Assembly: GCF_006345805.1 (NCBI RefSeq)
Contig: NC_043012.1
Coordinates: 57,660,001 to 57,724,000, forward strand
Length of the DNA: 64,000 nt
From: Octopus sinensis
Taxonomy: Eukaryota
Direction: 5' to 3'
The notes below the pieces were generated by a model. The model saw nothing but the letters and a program-made list of their open reading frames with translations. It ran no database searches and was not told the DNA's origin. How positions within the stretch are numbered: position 1 is the first letter of the stretch; each line of letters begins with the position of its first letter. The position numbers were made by a program, and so were the translations under genes. Shown one piece after another: positions 1-11,859 of this stretch.

Positions 1-384
1 TATTTTCTGGACGAGTCATCTTTTACCTTATTTCCGACCACCGGCCGAGTATACGTATGGAGATAGCCTAATGAAGCATTTGACCAAGACTGCCTTCTTC
101 CAACTATAAAACATGGAGGAGGATCTGTAATGTTCTGGGGTGGGGGAGGTTATATCTTGGAAATCTGCCAGCCCAATGGTTTCCCTTCATGACAGAATTA
201 ATAATCAAGTCTATTTAAGCATTTTATCTCATCAGATTCATCCTGTGGTTGCGGAACTATTTCCGGACGGAAACGCAATATTTCAGGATGATAATGCACC
301 AATTCACACAGCTTAAGTTTTTCCTGAATGGCACGAGGAACATTCTAGTGATGTTGAACATCTTATCCGGCTACCACAGTCCAA
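1..384 (+). pseudogene. Tc1-family DDE transposase fragment (stops and frameshift)
   Basis: Manual translation: DESSFTLFPTTGRVYVWR*PNEAFDQDCLLPTIKHGGGSVMFWG / ISWKS...IFQDDNAPIHTA*...HLIRLPQS; Tc1 motifs (S)DES, KHGGGSVMVWG, QDNAP.H. Confidence 0.88.
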
Positions 385-452
385 CATACACACACACACA
401 AACACACACATATATATATATATATATCTATATTTATATATAAATTAATACT

Positions 453-602
453 ACGGGCTTCTTTCAGTTTCCGTCTACCATATCCTCTCACAAAGCTTTG
501 GTCGGGCCGAGGCTATAGTAGAAGACACATGCCTAAGATGCCACGCAGTGGGACTGAACCCGGTACTATGTGGATGGGAAGCAAACTTCTCACGCCTACG
601 CC
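453..602 (-). mobile_element. SINE family A, 5' half
   Basis: Reverse complement of the head seen full length at 60535-60943. Confidence 0.85.
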
Positions 603-740
603 TATATATATATATATATATGTATATATGTGTGTGTGTGCGTGCGTGTGTATGGTGTCTGTGTGTGTGTGTTTACGTACATATATCTATATATGTGTGT
701 GCGTGTATGTATATCTATCTATCTATCTATCTCTCTCCCG

Positions 741-811
<71 letters not shown>

Positions 812-1403
812 TATATATATGTTATTTTATTTTATTTTATTTTATTTTATTTTACTTTTTCATTCTGCTCCGATGAAGAGAAGTGTGTGACCATTTCATT
901 GTAAGACTCTAATCCCTCTACCGCTTCCGCAGTCCTTTATAAATATAGTGTTTGCTCTATCAACAATCAACAAATAAAGTTCAAATTTCTCTCCCAGTCC
1001 GCTAGAACTAAGTGGGGAAACTTCACAGAAAAAAAAGAGTAAGAAAAAAAAAGCCATCTCTAATTTCTAAATGTGTTAAAACTTCAGCGCAGTAATGAAA
1101 AGCCACTTTTAACCCCTCGTTGTGAGATATTCAACCGAAATTTAAGAATTATATTTCGGTACTTGTAATTTAAATCAACAGTAACAGTTATTAATACTGA
1201 TGATTTAATTATTATGAGACAGGATTAGTATAAATACACGACATCAAGGTAACAGCGATAGGCGAACAACTTGTACGGTTGTTATGAGTGACTACACACA
1301 CACACACACACACACACATACGTATATACATACATAAAATCAAAGAAATATACAGGAAAAACAACAGAAGTGAATTAGACGTAGATACTGTATAATAGTA
1401 TAT

Positions 1404-1447
<44 letters not shown>

Positions 1448-1456
1448 GTGTGTGTG

Positions 1457-1501
<45 letters not shown>

Positions 1502-1711
1502 GTACATATATATATTTATATGCTATTATTTATAGCTTTATCTACTTCGAGTTGCACTGTCTCCCAAAGTTACTAAAGTCCTTATGATGTAAGTAATACA
1601 TGTATAAATACATATGTGTGCGTGTGCGTGTATATATGTATATATATATGTATATGTGTATATATATATATGTGTATATATATGTATATGTATATGTATA
1701 TATATATATAT

Positions 1712-1791
1712 TTGTTTCAGTCATCTGACTGCAGCCATGCTGGAGCGCCGCTTTTAGTCGAGCAATTCGACGCCAGGACTTATTCTTTGTA
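1712..1791 (-). mobile_element. SINE family A, 3' fragment
   Basis: tttgtttcagtcatctgactgcagccatgctggagcgcc matches the family A tail. Confidence 0.8.
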
Positions 1792-1879
1792 TATATATGC
1801 ATGTGTATGTATACATACATATACATACACATGCATATATACATATATATGTTGATACACATAATGCATATGCATATGT

Positions 1880-2258
1880 AATCTGTGGTATTCGAATGTT
1901 CCCGGACCACACCGAAAATAGTGGAGAATATTCCATCAAATAACGCGTTTCTCATATTACTTCTACTTTGATACAATCTCATTTAGAACAGCCGTCTTGG
2001 GAATGTACACACCCATCCCAATGCGTCTTCCAAGCCTCAGAACTACATCGGAAGTCCACCCAACTCTGCTTCTGATGCGGTTTGTATTTCATAAAACGTC
2101 TCGAAGTCACTTTCCGTTCCGACTTCTTTCTGGGAAAACACGGCAGAGTCGTAGGAAGCGTACGAAGGATATGGAACTACTTAACTCGATAGCAACACAA
2201 TTCATGTTCAGATTTTCCGCGAGAATCTCCTCCCAGATTTTGAAATCGATTCCATTCA
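1880..2258 (-). pseudogene. Internally deleted mariner remnant
   Basis: Minus strand reads EILAENLNMNCVA (cf. mariner ILTEDLGMRRVA), then FETFYEIQTASEAEL and WKTHWDGCVHSQ (cf. mariner C-terminus); TIR-like gtccgggaacattcgaatac near 1890-1912. Confidence 0.6.
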
Positions 2259-2260
2259 TA

Positions 2261-2423
2261 GCCACAGGTGTGGCTGTGTGGTAAGAAGCTTGCTTCCCAA
2301 ACACATAGTTCCGGGTTCAGTCCCCACTGCGTGGATCCTTGAGCAAGTGTCTTCTGCCATAGCCTCGGGCCGAATAAAGCCTTGTGATAGATTTGGTAGA
2401 CGGAAACTGAAAGAGGCCCGTAG

Positions 2424-2520
<97 letters not shown>

Positions 2521-2624
2521 GTCTGTCTGTCTGTCTGACTGTCTGTCTGTCTGTCTGTCTGTCTGTCTGCCTGCCTGCCTGCCGGCCTGCCTGTCTGTCT
2601 ATCTGTCTGCCTGCCTGCCTGTCC

Positions 2625-2658
<34 letters not shown>

Positions 2659-2921
2659 GTATCTGTATATTTGTTTGTTTGTTTGTTTGTTTGTTTGTGT
2701 GTGTGCATGTGTGTGTGTGCGTGTGTGTGTGTGTGCATGTGTTTGTACCCTCACCATCGCTGATGTTAGTTTGTTTACGTCACTGTAACTTAGCGGTTCA
2801 GCAAAAGAGGCCGATAGGATGAGTACTAGGCTTACAAAGAATAAGTCCTGGGGTCTATTTGTTCGACTAAAGGCGGTGCTCCAGCATGGCAGCAGTCAAA
2901 TGACTGAAACAAATAAAAGAA
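2261..2921 (+). mobile_element. SINE family A, full length, with a ~320-bp internal (TCTA)/(TCTG)/(CCTG)/(TTTG)/(TG) microsatellite
   Basis: A-box-like tggctgtgtggtaa, B-box-like ggttcagtccc, conserved 3' half ending aaataaaaga. Confidence 0.9.
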
Positions 2922-3005
2922 TGATGATGAGTTCACGAATTTATCTTGCCCGTTGACAAATGGTGCGTATACTTCTAGATCAGCTCGCAGTGCCATCTAC
3001 CGAGA

Positions 3006-3053
3006 CTGTGAGATGTTAACATTTCGGAGTAGTTATCTCCTCTTCGGTAGCAG
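3006..3053 (-). ncRNA. Type I hammerhead ribozyme motif, copy 1 (stem I partly decayed)
   Basis: CUGCUA CCGAAGA GGAG auaacua CUCC GAA AUGUUAACAU C/UCACAG. Confidence 0.65.
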
Positions 3054-3284
3054 ACACTAGGCAGACGACAATACGAGCTTAATTTAGAGATTACCTCTCT
3101 TATGCTTTTCCAGTCCCCGTAGTGCTATACGGCGGCTCAGCGAAAGTAAATTACGGAGGGGGATCGCTAAGCAGTGATAAGTGAAATTTCAATGTTATAA
3201 TCAGTGCGAATGTGCTTGATGCACGTTCGAACTATGGTACAAGCTACTCAATGAATTTTGTCACTAAGAACATCTGCTTAGTGT

Positions 3285-3332
3285 CTGTGACCGATGAGGA
3301 GATAGCTACTCTGAAATGCTAGCATCTCACAG
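3285..3332 (+). ncRNA. Type I hammerhead ribozyme motif, copy 2 (all three stems intact)
   Basis: CUGUGA CCGAUGA GGAG auagcua CUCU GAA AUGCUAGCAU C/UCACAG; 6-bp stem I, 4-bp stem II, palindromic stem III, AUC cleavage triplet after 3326; U4 is C. Confidence 0.75.
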
Positions 3333-3576
3333 TCTAAGTAGGTAGCGCTGCGAGCTGATCTAGGTGTATACATACCATTTGTCAACGAGTGAGATATATT
3401 CTCTGTGACATAACATTGCAGTTTCACTTATCACTGGTTAGCGCCCCCACAACCACCACTGCTCCGTAATTTACTTACGCTGAGCCACCGTATAGCGCTG
3501 CCAGTCATCTTACGGTGACTGGAAAAGCATAAGAGAAGTAATCTCTTAATTCAGCACCTAGTGTCGTCTGTCTGGT

Positions 3577-3623
3577 CTCTGTAACTGATGAGATAACTAC
3601 TCCGAAATACTAGCTTCTCAGAG
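3577..3623 (+). ncRNA. Type I hammerhead ribozyme motif, copy 3 (canonical CUGAUGA, stems II and III damaged)
   Basis: CUCUGUAA CUGAUGA GAUAACUACUCC GAA AUACUAGCUU C/UCAGAG; 3-nt deletion in stem II. Confidence 0.5.
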
Positions 3624-3904
3624 TCCGGGTAGAAGGTGCTGCGAGTTGACGTAGGTGTATATACACCATTTGGCAACAAGCGAGATATATTCTCAGTGGC
3701 AAAACAGTAAGTAGCTTATTACCCAGTTCGAACGTGCATCAAGCATATTTAGAACTGATAACAGTGAAATAAAGTTTCTTGCTCAATGACAAAATACAAT
3801 GAGTAGCTTGTTCCCCAGTTCGAACGTGCGTCAAGTTTATTCGAACTGATTGTAACATTGCAATTCACTTATCACGGCTTAGCGCCTTCGCTCCGTACTT
3901 TATT

Positions 3905-4129
3905 TCACATAAAGTACTTTATTTCACCTCAGCTGGCAAAAATGGGTAGTACTTGTATTGCAAAGAGCCAACCTTGCCCACACTCTATGTAACACCGTAT
4001 CTCCCTGAGAACTACGTTAAGGGTATACGTGTCTGTAGAGTGCTTAGCCACTTGCACGTTAATTTCAGGAGCAGGCTGTTCCGTTGATCGGATCAACTAG
4101 AACCCACGTCGTTACCGATGGAGTGCCAC
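3905..4129 (+). mobile_element. SINE central domain plus 3' tail, 5'-truncated
   Basis: tttatttcacctcagctggcaaaaatg matches the family B central domain at 20680-20730; distinct tail ending gttaccgatggagtgcc. Confidence 0.6.
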
Positions 4130-4451
4130 TTTATTTTAAACATAACGTTATTTTAATATACAAAACAATTAAATATAATTTTCATGAAATTCCAAAATAT
4201 CACCTGGGGTAGTTAAATTAACATTTCTAATTAAGTAAATTAACTCGCCAGCCCGTTCCCTACGTTGCGCTGGAGAAACATTTATGGCATTTGTTTGCTT
4301 CCGGCAGATCTCAGAATGGTAAATGAAGATACATCCACAAAAAAATTTGTAATGCTTAGATCTATGCATGTGGCTTGTCTAATGTGACTCAGAGTATCAG
4401 CAGAGAAGAATGTCACTTTTTCACTAAGTAAATTTACATCGCAGGGCTGCA

Positions 4452-4762
4452 GGATGCACATCGCTCAGTGGTTGAAGCGTCGAGCTTACAATCATGAAAT
4501 TGTGAGTTCGATTCTCGGACCAGATAGTGTTGTGTTCTTGAGCAAGACATTTTATTTTACGTTGCTTCAGTTCACTCATCTGTAGAAACGAATTGCGACT
4601 TCACTGGTTCCAAGCTGTATCGGCCCCTTTGCCGTTCTCTTGGATAACATCAATGGCTTGCAGACGGGAGGGCGGTATGCATGGGCGACTGTTAGTCTTC
4701 CATAAACAACCTTGCGCAGACTTGTGCAATCCCATGGTCATTCATAACTAAGGGGGGATTTT
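4452..4762 (+). mobile_element. SINE family B (tRNA head plus CORE-like tgttcttgagcaagacacttt domain)
   Basis: A box ctcagtggtt, B box gagttcgattc; homologous to 21921-22250 and 40801-41072. Confidence 0.85.
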
Positions 4763-4845
4763 TGTGAAGGCGCATGACTCAGGGGTTAGGGCTTGTGTTT
4801 GTATACATGTATATATAATATATATATATATATATATATTATATA

Positions 4846-5213
4846 CTAGCAGTATCGCCCGGCGTTGCTAAGTTTGTAAGGGAAATAACTAAGCATTTTT
4901 AGAGAGTTATATCCAAAAAATAGCAAAAAAATGGAAAATGATGGTATTTTTTTTTTTAGTTAAGAAAGGTGGAGTTGCGTCCCCTAGTACAGTTTGCGGT
5001 TTGTGTTTCTGATTCTCGACCCCATGTCGAATTTATCGATTTTTTTCAAACTGGGGAACTTTTCAAAATTTTCGCTGCGTTATGTTTGAATTATGAGATT
5101 GGGCTATGTGTGTGTCAAGTTTCATCAGAATCGGTTGAAAGCCGTGGTCATGTGAGGTACAAGCAAACAGACACACAGAAACACGCACAGACAAACTGCC
5201 GTTTATATAGAGA
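4846..5213 (-). mobile_element. Non-autonomous Helitron (368 bp)
   Basis: Minus strand starts A|TCTCTATATA, ends gcaacgccgggcgatactgCTAG|T; sits between A and T, no TSD. Confidence 0.8.
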
Positions 5214-5567
5214 TTATATATTAATATATATATATGTATATATATATGTGTATATATATATATGTATGTATGTTTGTTTGTATGTATGTATATATGTCTC
5301 TTTCTCTCTCTCTCTCTTTCTGACTTAAAAATTGGAAGATCCTGCAGTGTATCTATGTCTGCATGTGACCTCACAGGCACCTACAACAAATAGCAAAAGC
5401 ATGGTACATCTTACCAAGCTATGCTCGTTTGCGGGTGACGGCCGGCTCTTACTCTAACGAACTTCATATGAGTTGCTGAAGAGTTCAAAATTACGTTCGC
5501 AGTCATACGCGCGCGCGCGCACACTAGCTGATATTTATTTATTATTTATCTTTTTTCCTATCTTTTA

Positions 5568-5730
5568 CTTGTTTCAGTCATTAAACTGTCGCCCTGAAGA
5601 ACTATATATACGATAGGCTTCTTTCAGTTTCCGTCTACCAAATCCACCCACAAGGCTTTGGTCCGGTCGCAGGTGCCACGTAGTGCGACTGAACTCGGAA
5701 CCATGTGGTTGGGAAGCAAATCTCTTTCTA
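5568..5730 (-). mobile_element. SINE family A, internally deleted
   Basis: Tail cttttacttgtttcagtca fused to head segment ttcagtttccgtctaccaaatcc. Confidence 0.75.
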
Positions 5731-6559
5731 CAACACACACACACACACACACACACCACATATATACATTCTAGTATGTATGTTTTTGTTTTATTGGCCG
5801 TTGATATGATGTTTTGATTATCTTTGATGTGTTTTGTTATTGGGTTTTCCTATCCTCTACCGCATTTTCCCATTTGGTTCGAGCTTCAACCTGATCACTG
5901 AACCAGCATGAAAGAGCAGTGCAAATCTCCCTCAAATCCAGCTTTACTAAATGCTGTTATTGGCATACAGAAACATGAGATGCATTTTTGATTGTAGGTC
6001 TGCTGGGTCAGGACTGATTTCAAGATAAAAAACAATATCACCAATATCGTAAGCACTTATAGAAAACATTCCTGGTGTAGAACATAATATTTTTGGCGTA
6101 GATAACAACTGGGATATCAGAGTAACTTCAGAGCAGCTTTCTGAAGATTCTACATCTCATTCATTTCATATCACTCTTGTATCCCGTGCCAGGGTGGGAT
6201 ATTCGGCATGATTAAAAGGACAATTTTAATTCGTTCTGTGAAAATTTTCACTCCACCTACACAAAACTATATCAGTGTTTCTTAAGGTCTTATCTATAAG
6301 ATATAAACGTTACATTGTAACCTATACGTGTTTCATGAAGCGAGCAATGGTTAACCACGAAAATTTACTTCCTAATTCTAGGAATGGGTGTAATACACAC
6401 CATACTGCAAAGTTTTTTGTCAGCCACCTCTTAAAAATAATAATAAACACGAACACAATAATGTAATATAGTTTTTTTCTATACTAAATGTTAAAAATAT
6501 ATATGAGTGGATATAGTAAACAGAAACTAAAAGAAGCCTGTCGTATATATATATACGAT

Positions 6560-6945
6560 TCTAATAGCACGCTACGTTTGGTTTCAAATTTTGGGACAGG
6601 GCCAAGAATTTTAAGAAGAGTGGGCAAGTCACTACTTGACAGGCGCTTTATTTCATCGACCCCAAATGGATGAAGGGCAAAGTCGACCTCAGCAGGACTT
6701 GAACTTAAAACGTAAAATTCGAGAACAAACACCGCTATGCATTCGTTTCTGATGGACTAATAATGCTACCAATTCACAGAGTTTATCGTTTGACGTTCAA
6801 GCACAAGGCCAGCAATTTTCAAGCGAAGGGGTTTGTCGAAATCACTGACCCTATTATTTAACTTGTACTGTATTTTCTCGACCCTGGAAGTATGAAAGGC
6901 AAAGATGGCTTCAGAGAGAACTGAACTTGGAATATAAAGAGCCGA
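6560..6945 (-). mobile_element. SINE family D, two tandem degenerate copies
   Basis: tttcaaattttgggacaggcc...gggcaaagtcgacctcagcaggacttgaact repeated. Confidence 0.75.
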
Positions 6946-7237
6946 ATACAATACTGGTTTTTACAGTCTAAGTTCAGATACTGCTGACGTCACCTTTGTC
7001 TGTCACCCTTCCGGGGCAGTCAACCATGGCAACATGTTTTTATGGTTGCATCTTTTATAATCCTTTTTAATTACGTTGCAGTAATTAGAGGAGAAAGCAG
7101 ATTTTTTGCTGGTATTTATTGTTCAGTAGGAATTCAACAAAAAATTAGTTGCTTGTACATACATTACATACATACATACATACATACACACATGTAGTAT
7201 CTACACATGTATATATGTATACATAGATACATACATG

Positions 7238-7269
<32 letters not shown>

Positions 7270-8379
7270 CATAGATGCATATATACATATAGATAATTTC
7301 ATGCATACATACATACATACCATATATGTGTGTGTGTACACACACACAAACATATACGTACATACATAAATACATATATGTATATATATATATTATATAT
7401 ATATATATATAATATATATATATATATAGATTATATATATACATACTATTATATTATACAATAATATATGTAATATATATGTATACATTAACATACATAT
7501 ATATGTATTTACGTATACATGTAATATATATGTATATGATACACCCCTCCATATATGTATGTATTTAATTTCCCCGCTAGTAACGGTATCCCTCTCAATT
7601 TCTTATTATTCTCATGCTCACTCTTTTTTTTATTCCTTTGTTTTATTGAAGTAGTTTGTCTTTCTTTCATTAAAAGACTTAGCTTGGAAAGATACCATCA
7701 ACGATAGCCTGTCTATTTGGAAGAATTGACCGCTCTTTAGTAAAAAAAAAAAATACAAAAAGAAAACAACAGCACAAAACTATAACAACAAACAAACTCG
7801 CACATACAAAAAAAAAAAAAGAAACGAAAAAATAAACGGAAAAATTTCTTTGTTGAATGAAGAAAAATAGCCAATTATAACAAACTATTTGTTTATGTAT
7901 GAAAGATAACTTCTAATATATGTTTTGTTTGCAAAAATGTACAACGGGCATTGTCGCCATTCGTTATGAATAAGATGAGAAATTAATTTGTGCTATTTTA
8001 TAGTGGTCCTGGCAGATAAGAAAGAAAATGGCTGCAATCGATATATTTGTTAAATGAACCTGACTGAACTGATACAATTTTAGCCGTTGATATAGCTGAC
8101 ATTGTTCCCATAATTCATATAATGTGAGAGTTGTTATTATCTGAGAATGAAGAGATTACTAATTCGGCTGTGTTCTCAATGAAGAAGTTAGCCGGTTATA
8201 CTGTATACATACGCACGTTTGACATAAAGGAAACATGAAAATAAGAGGAAAAACGAATAAGGACAATAAAGAAATAAAAGAAAATGATAAAATTATAAAA
8301 GAAAAAAAAACATTAAAAAGGAACATACAACAATCTTAAAAATAAAACGAATCCAAACAGCATTTAAAAAACTATATAT

Positions 8380-8556
8380 ATGTGTGTGTGTGTGTATGTG
8401 TGTGTTTGTGTGTGTGTGTGTGTGTTTGTGTGTGTTCAATTACACATATACATGTATATATAGAAATGTACATACGCAAATATATGCATATATACATACA
8501 TTATATGTATTATATATATATAATTATATATATATATATATTATATATATATATAT

Positions 8557-8595
<39 letters not shown>

Positions 8596-8681
8596 CTGTG
8601 TGTGTTCAATTACGCATATACATGTATATATAGAAATGTACATACGCAAATATATGCATATATACATACATTATATGTATT

Positions 8682-8726
<45 letters not shown>

Positions 8727-8845
8727 TGTGTGTGGTGTGTGTGTGTGTGTCTGTGTGTGTTCAATTACGCATATACATGTATATATAGAAATGTACATAC
8801 GCAAATATATGCATATATACATACATTATATGTATTATATATATA

Positions 8846-8905
<60 letters not shown>
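8380..8905. repeat. Three tandem copies (periods 170 and 155 bp) of a (TG)/(TA) cassette with a unique core
   Basis: ttcaattac(a/g)catatacatgtatatatagaaatgtacatacgcaaat at 8435, 8605, 8760. Confidence 0.9.
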
Positions 8906-8906
<1 letters not shown>

Positions 8907-9561
8907 ATGCTTACATGAATTCGCACATATATGTATGTATATATGTAAAAAGCACACCACCCCACTTTCTTTGACAAGTCGATAAAACGATATACAATTC
9001 TCAAATGTAAATACTTTCCCCTGCCCTATCATTTACTTCTGGTAGCTTAAGAAACAGATTATTATAAGCTAGTAACGAATGCATTCTTGACACTATAAGA
9101 AAGAGATTAAACGATATTGCTTCGTACAAATTGGAAGTAAATAGACATTTCTCGAAATTTTCACTCATTTTTATTTATTTATACATTTATTTCTATTGTT
9201 TATTTAATTTCTTTTTGTAGGGGAGTGAGATTCTGCAGAAGAAAGTAACACAAACTGTCTTAGAAATTGAAGACATATTTAAGTACCAAATTGTTATCTT
9301 GAAAAATGTATAATGTTGTAGTTGTCGTTAGTTGTTGATCCTCAAAACAGAATTGAAATTAAAGGCGTCCTCGTGAAGCTCCCTTATTATTTGTTCCTTC
9401 CTTCCTTCCTTTCTATTTATCTATTTATATATCTCTCAATATTTTCCACACACATACTCACACACACGCACCCCCACTCTCTCTCTCTCTCTCTCCCACT
9501 CTCTCACACACGCAAGCACGCACACACACAATATACACACACACAAACTCATACACACACA

Positions 9562-9898
9562 GATGCAAGCGTAGTCATGTGGTAGAAAGTTTGCTTCCCA
9601 ACCGCTGGGTTCCGAGTTCAGTTCTACTGCGCGGTACTTTAGACAAGTGTCTTCTGCTGTAGCCCCACGCAGACCAATACATTGTAAGTTGATTTGGTTG
9701 ACGGAAACCGAAAGACATCCGTCATGTCTATGTGTGTGTCTTTGTCTCCTGCCACCACCTAACAAAGAGCGCTGGTTCATTTGTGTCCCCGTAAATTAGC
9801 GTATCGCTAACAGAGACCTGTAGAGTAAGTACCAGATTTCAAACAAAATTCTTCAGCATGGCCGCAGTCCAATGACTGAAACAAGTAAGGGATAAAAG
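9562..9898 (+). mobile_element. SINE family A, degenerate
   Basis: Head, central and tail segments recognisable with deletions. Confidence 0.75.
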
Positions 9899-9909
9899 CA
9901 AGATGACAT

Positions 9910-9910
9910 A

Positions 9911-9967
<57 letters not shown>

Positions 9968-10262
9968 CAGACAGTGGCTCTCATGGTTCTGATCTTAACT
10001 GATTGGAAGTGTTATGTACATTGTTTTGGTATAAAAGATGGGCTACAGCAAATATTCTGCTCAATACCACAGATTTGCTTGTCAGTTGTTTGATCTTAAC
10101 CAGTTGAGCATGTCCCTTAGAAACTGACGATATGTGCATCTCTGATCACGAGCAGAAGTAGTGGGGGAGCATCATAGCCATGTGTTGAGAGGGATTCTTT
10201 GGGGTTTGGATAATTCACCTCTGGAAACATGGGTGTTTCGTTCAGCATCCTTAAACAACCCT
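9910..10262 (-). repeat. (TAA)n tract plus an unclassified interspersed repeat, probably a retroelement 3' end with an (ATT)n tail on the minus strand
   Basis: Complex ~290-bp segment abutting a long (TAA)n; class is inference only. Confidence 0.35.
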
Positions 10263-10288
10263 TATATATATATATATATATATATATA

Positions 10289-10792
10289 CCCCCACCTCCC
10301 CCTCTCCGCCGCTGAGCGCTCCCTCCTCAGTAAGGGTCTCCGCTTCACGCCACTCACGCGCCACTGTGATGAGTTCGAGACTCGGGCGGACGTCAACCTG
10401 TTCCTTCCGCGCCGCCTCAAACTTCGCGCAACTACTACCACGCGTCCCCGCAGCGTCACAACAATCAGGATTGCCTTTTGGAGCTGGGGCGTCGTCCATC
10501 CATCTGGACGCCGCCCCCAGCCTTTTCAGTAGCCTAGATTCGTTTGTACATGACTGCAACGCTTTGGTCCACCGTTTCAACTTTCACCAAGACCCCGCCC
10601 AGCCAACCTCACTCGGGCCGAATCCATTGCCCTTCGCCACCCCACCTCCGCCGTCGTGATGACATTGTCATCAAACCGGCGGACAAAGGCGGGGCAGTGG
10701 TAGTGTGGCGCGCGGACCTATACAGGGAGGAAGCGCTCAACCAGCTTCAAAATCCACTCTTCTATCGCCTCTCCCCTCCCTCCGATCCCACC
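10289..10792 (+). mobile_element. Penelope-like retroelement ORF fragment (N-terminal to RT), frameshifted, cut by the gap
   Basis: Across three frames: LSAAERSLLSKGLRFTP, SIWTPPP, LDSFVHDC, NLTRAESIALRH, LRRRDDIVIKPADKGGAVVVWRADLYREEALNQLQNPLFY..DPT; PLE hallmarks LLSKGL.F.P and IKPADKG.AVV; GC-rich, starts at (TA)n. Confidence 0.85.
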
Positions 10793-10892
10793 NNNNNNNN
10801 NNNNNNNNNNNNNNNNNNNNNNNNNNNNNNNNNNNNNNNNNNNNNNNNNNNNNNNNNNNNNNNNNNNNNNNNNNNNNNNNNNNNNNNNNNNN
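10793..10892. other. Assembly gap (100 N)
   Basis: Run of N. Confidence 1.
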
Positions 10893-11371
10893 ATCTCAGG
10901 CTTCTCTGATTCTGAGTACAAGCTAGTGATGTATATTTGAAGTAAAATACTTGAACTGAAGTTAAATATTTTTTACAGTTGATGAAAGTTGTAGAAAAGC
11001 GTTTATAATTCAGAAACAGGACTAGAAGTTTCCGGGGTTGGTGTAAATCGATTGCATCGATCTCACTGCCCAATTTATAAATCCCAAAACGGTGAAGGAC
11101 AACATTGAACTCACAACGCAAAGAACCGAAAGTGATGCCTCTAAGCACTGAAAAAATACTTTGCGGGTGGAAAAAAAAATCGAGAGATGGTCGTGGGGCA
11201 AGATACCACATTCTCTAGAAGATTCTAGCCTTTATAGAATATTTAAGCGTTGAATGATCATTTCTGCTATAAGCAAAAGGCCTGAACATTTGGGGAGGTG
11301 GCTGATCGATTACATCGACCCCAGTACTCAGCTGGTATTTTTTTAATCGACCCGAAGTCGACTTCGGTGGT

Positions 11372-11536
11372 ATTCTTTTACTCTTTTACTTGTTTCAGTC
11401 ATTTGACTGTGGCCATGCTAGAGCATCACCTTCAGTCGAAGAAATCGACCCTAGAGCTTTTACGGGGACGTAAACACATCAGCATCGATTGTCAAGCGAT
11501 GTTGGGGGACAAACACAGACACACAAACACACACAC

Positions 11537-11569
<33 letters not shown>

Positions 11570-11646
11570 CATATATATATATATATACATATATACATAT
11601 AAATATATACATATATATATACACACACACACACACACCACACACA

Positions 11647-11693
<47 letters not shown>

Positions 11694-11859
11694 TACGACG
11701 GGCTTCTTTCAGTTTCAGTCTACCAAATCCACTCACATGGCTTTGGTCGGCCCGAGGCTATAATAGAAGACACTTGCCCAAGGTGCCACTCAGCGGGACT
11801 GAACCCAGAACCATGTGGTTGGTAAGCAATCTACTTACCACACAGCCACTCCTGCGCCT
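11372..11859 (-). mobile_element. SINE family A, near full length, internal (CA)/(TA) tract
   Basis: Ends ccacacagccactcctgcgcct, the reverse complement of the head. Confidence 0.88.

Larger units (their letters stand above)
2936..3897. mobile_element. Retrozyme-like modular hammerhead repeat: one inverted block (Z-Y-H on minus) joined head-to-head to a plus-strand block (H-Y-H-Z-Z-Y)
   Basis: Three ~70-150 bp modules recur; 2936-3270 is the reverse complement of modules in 3273-3897; module H contains a type I hammerhead. Confidence 0.7.

Noticed and set aside
1190-1232. Hammerhead-like CTGATGA...GAGACAGGA
   Set aside because: GAAA is GAGA, there is no NUH site and stems I and II do not pair; at best a very decayed relic.
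10289-10792. Bacterial contamination or horizontal gene transfer suggested by high GC
   Set aside because: Peptide motifs are those of a Penelope-like retroelement; GC contrast alone is not evidence of foreign origin.
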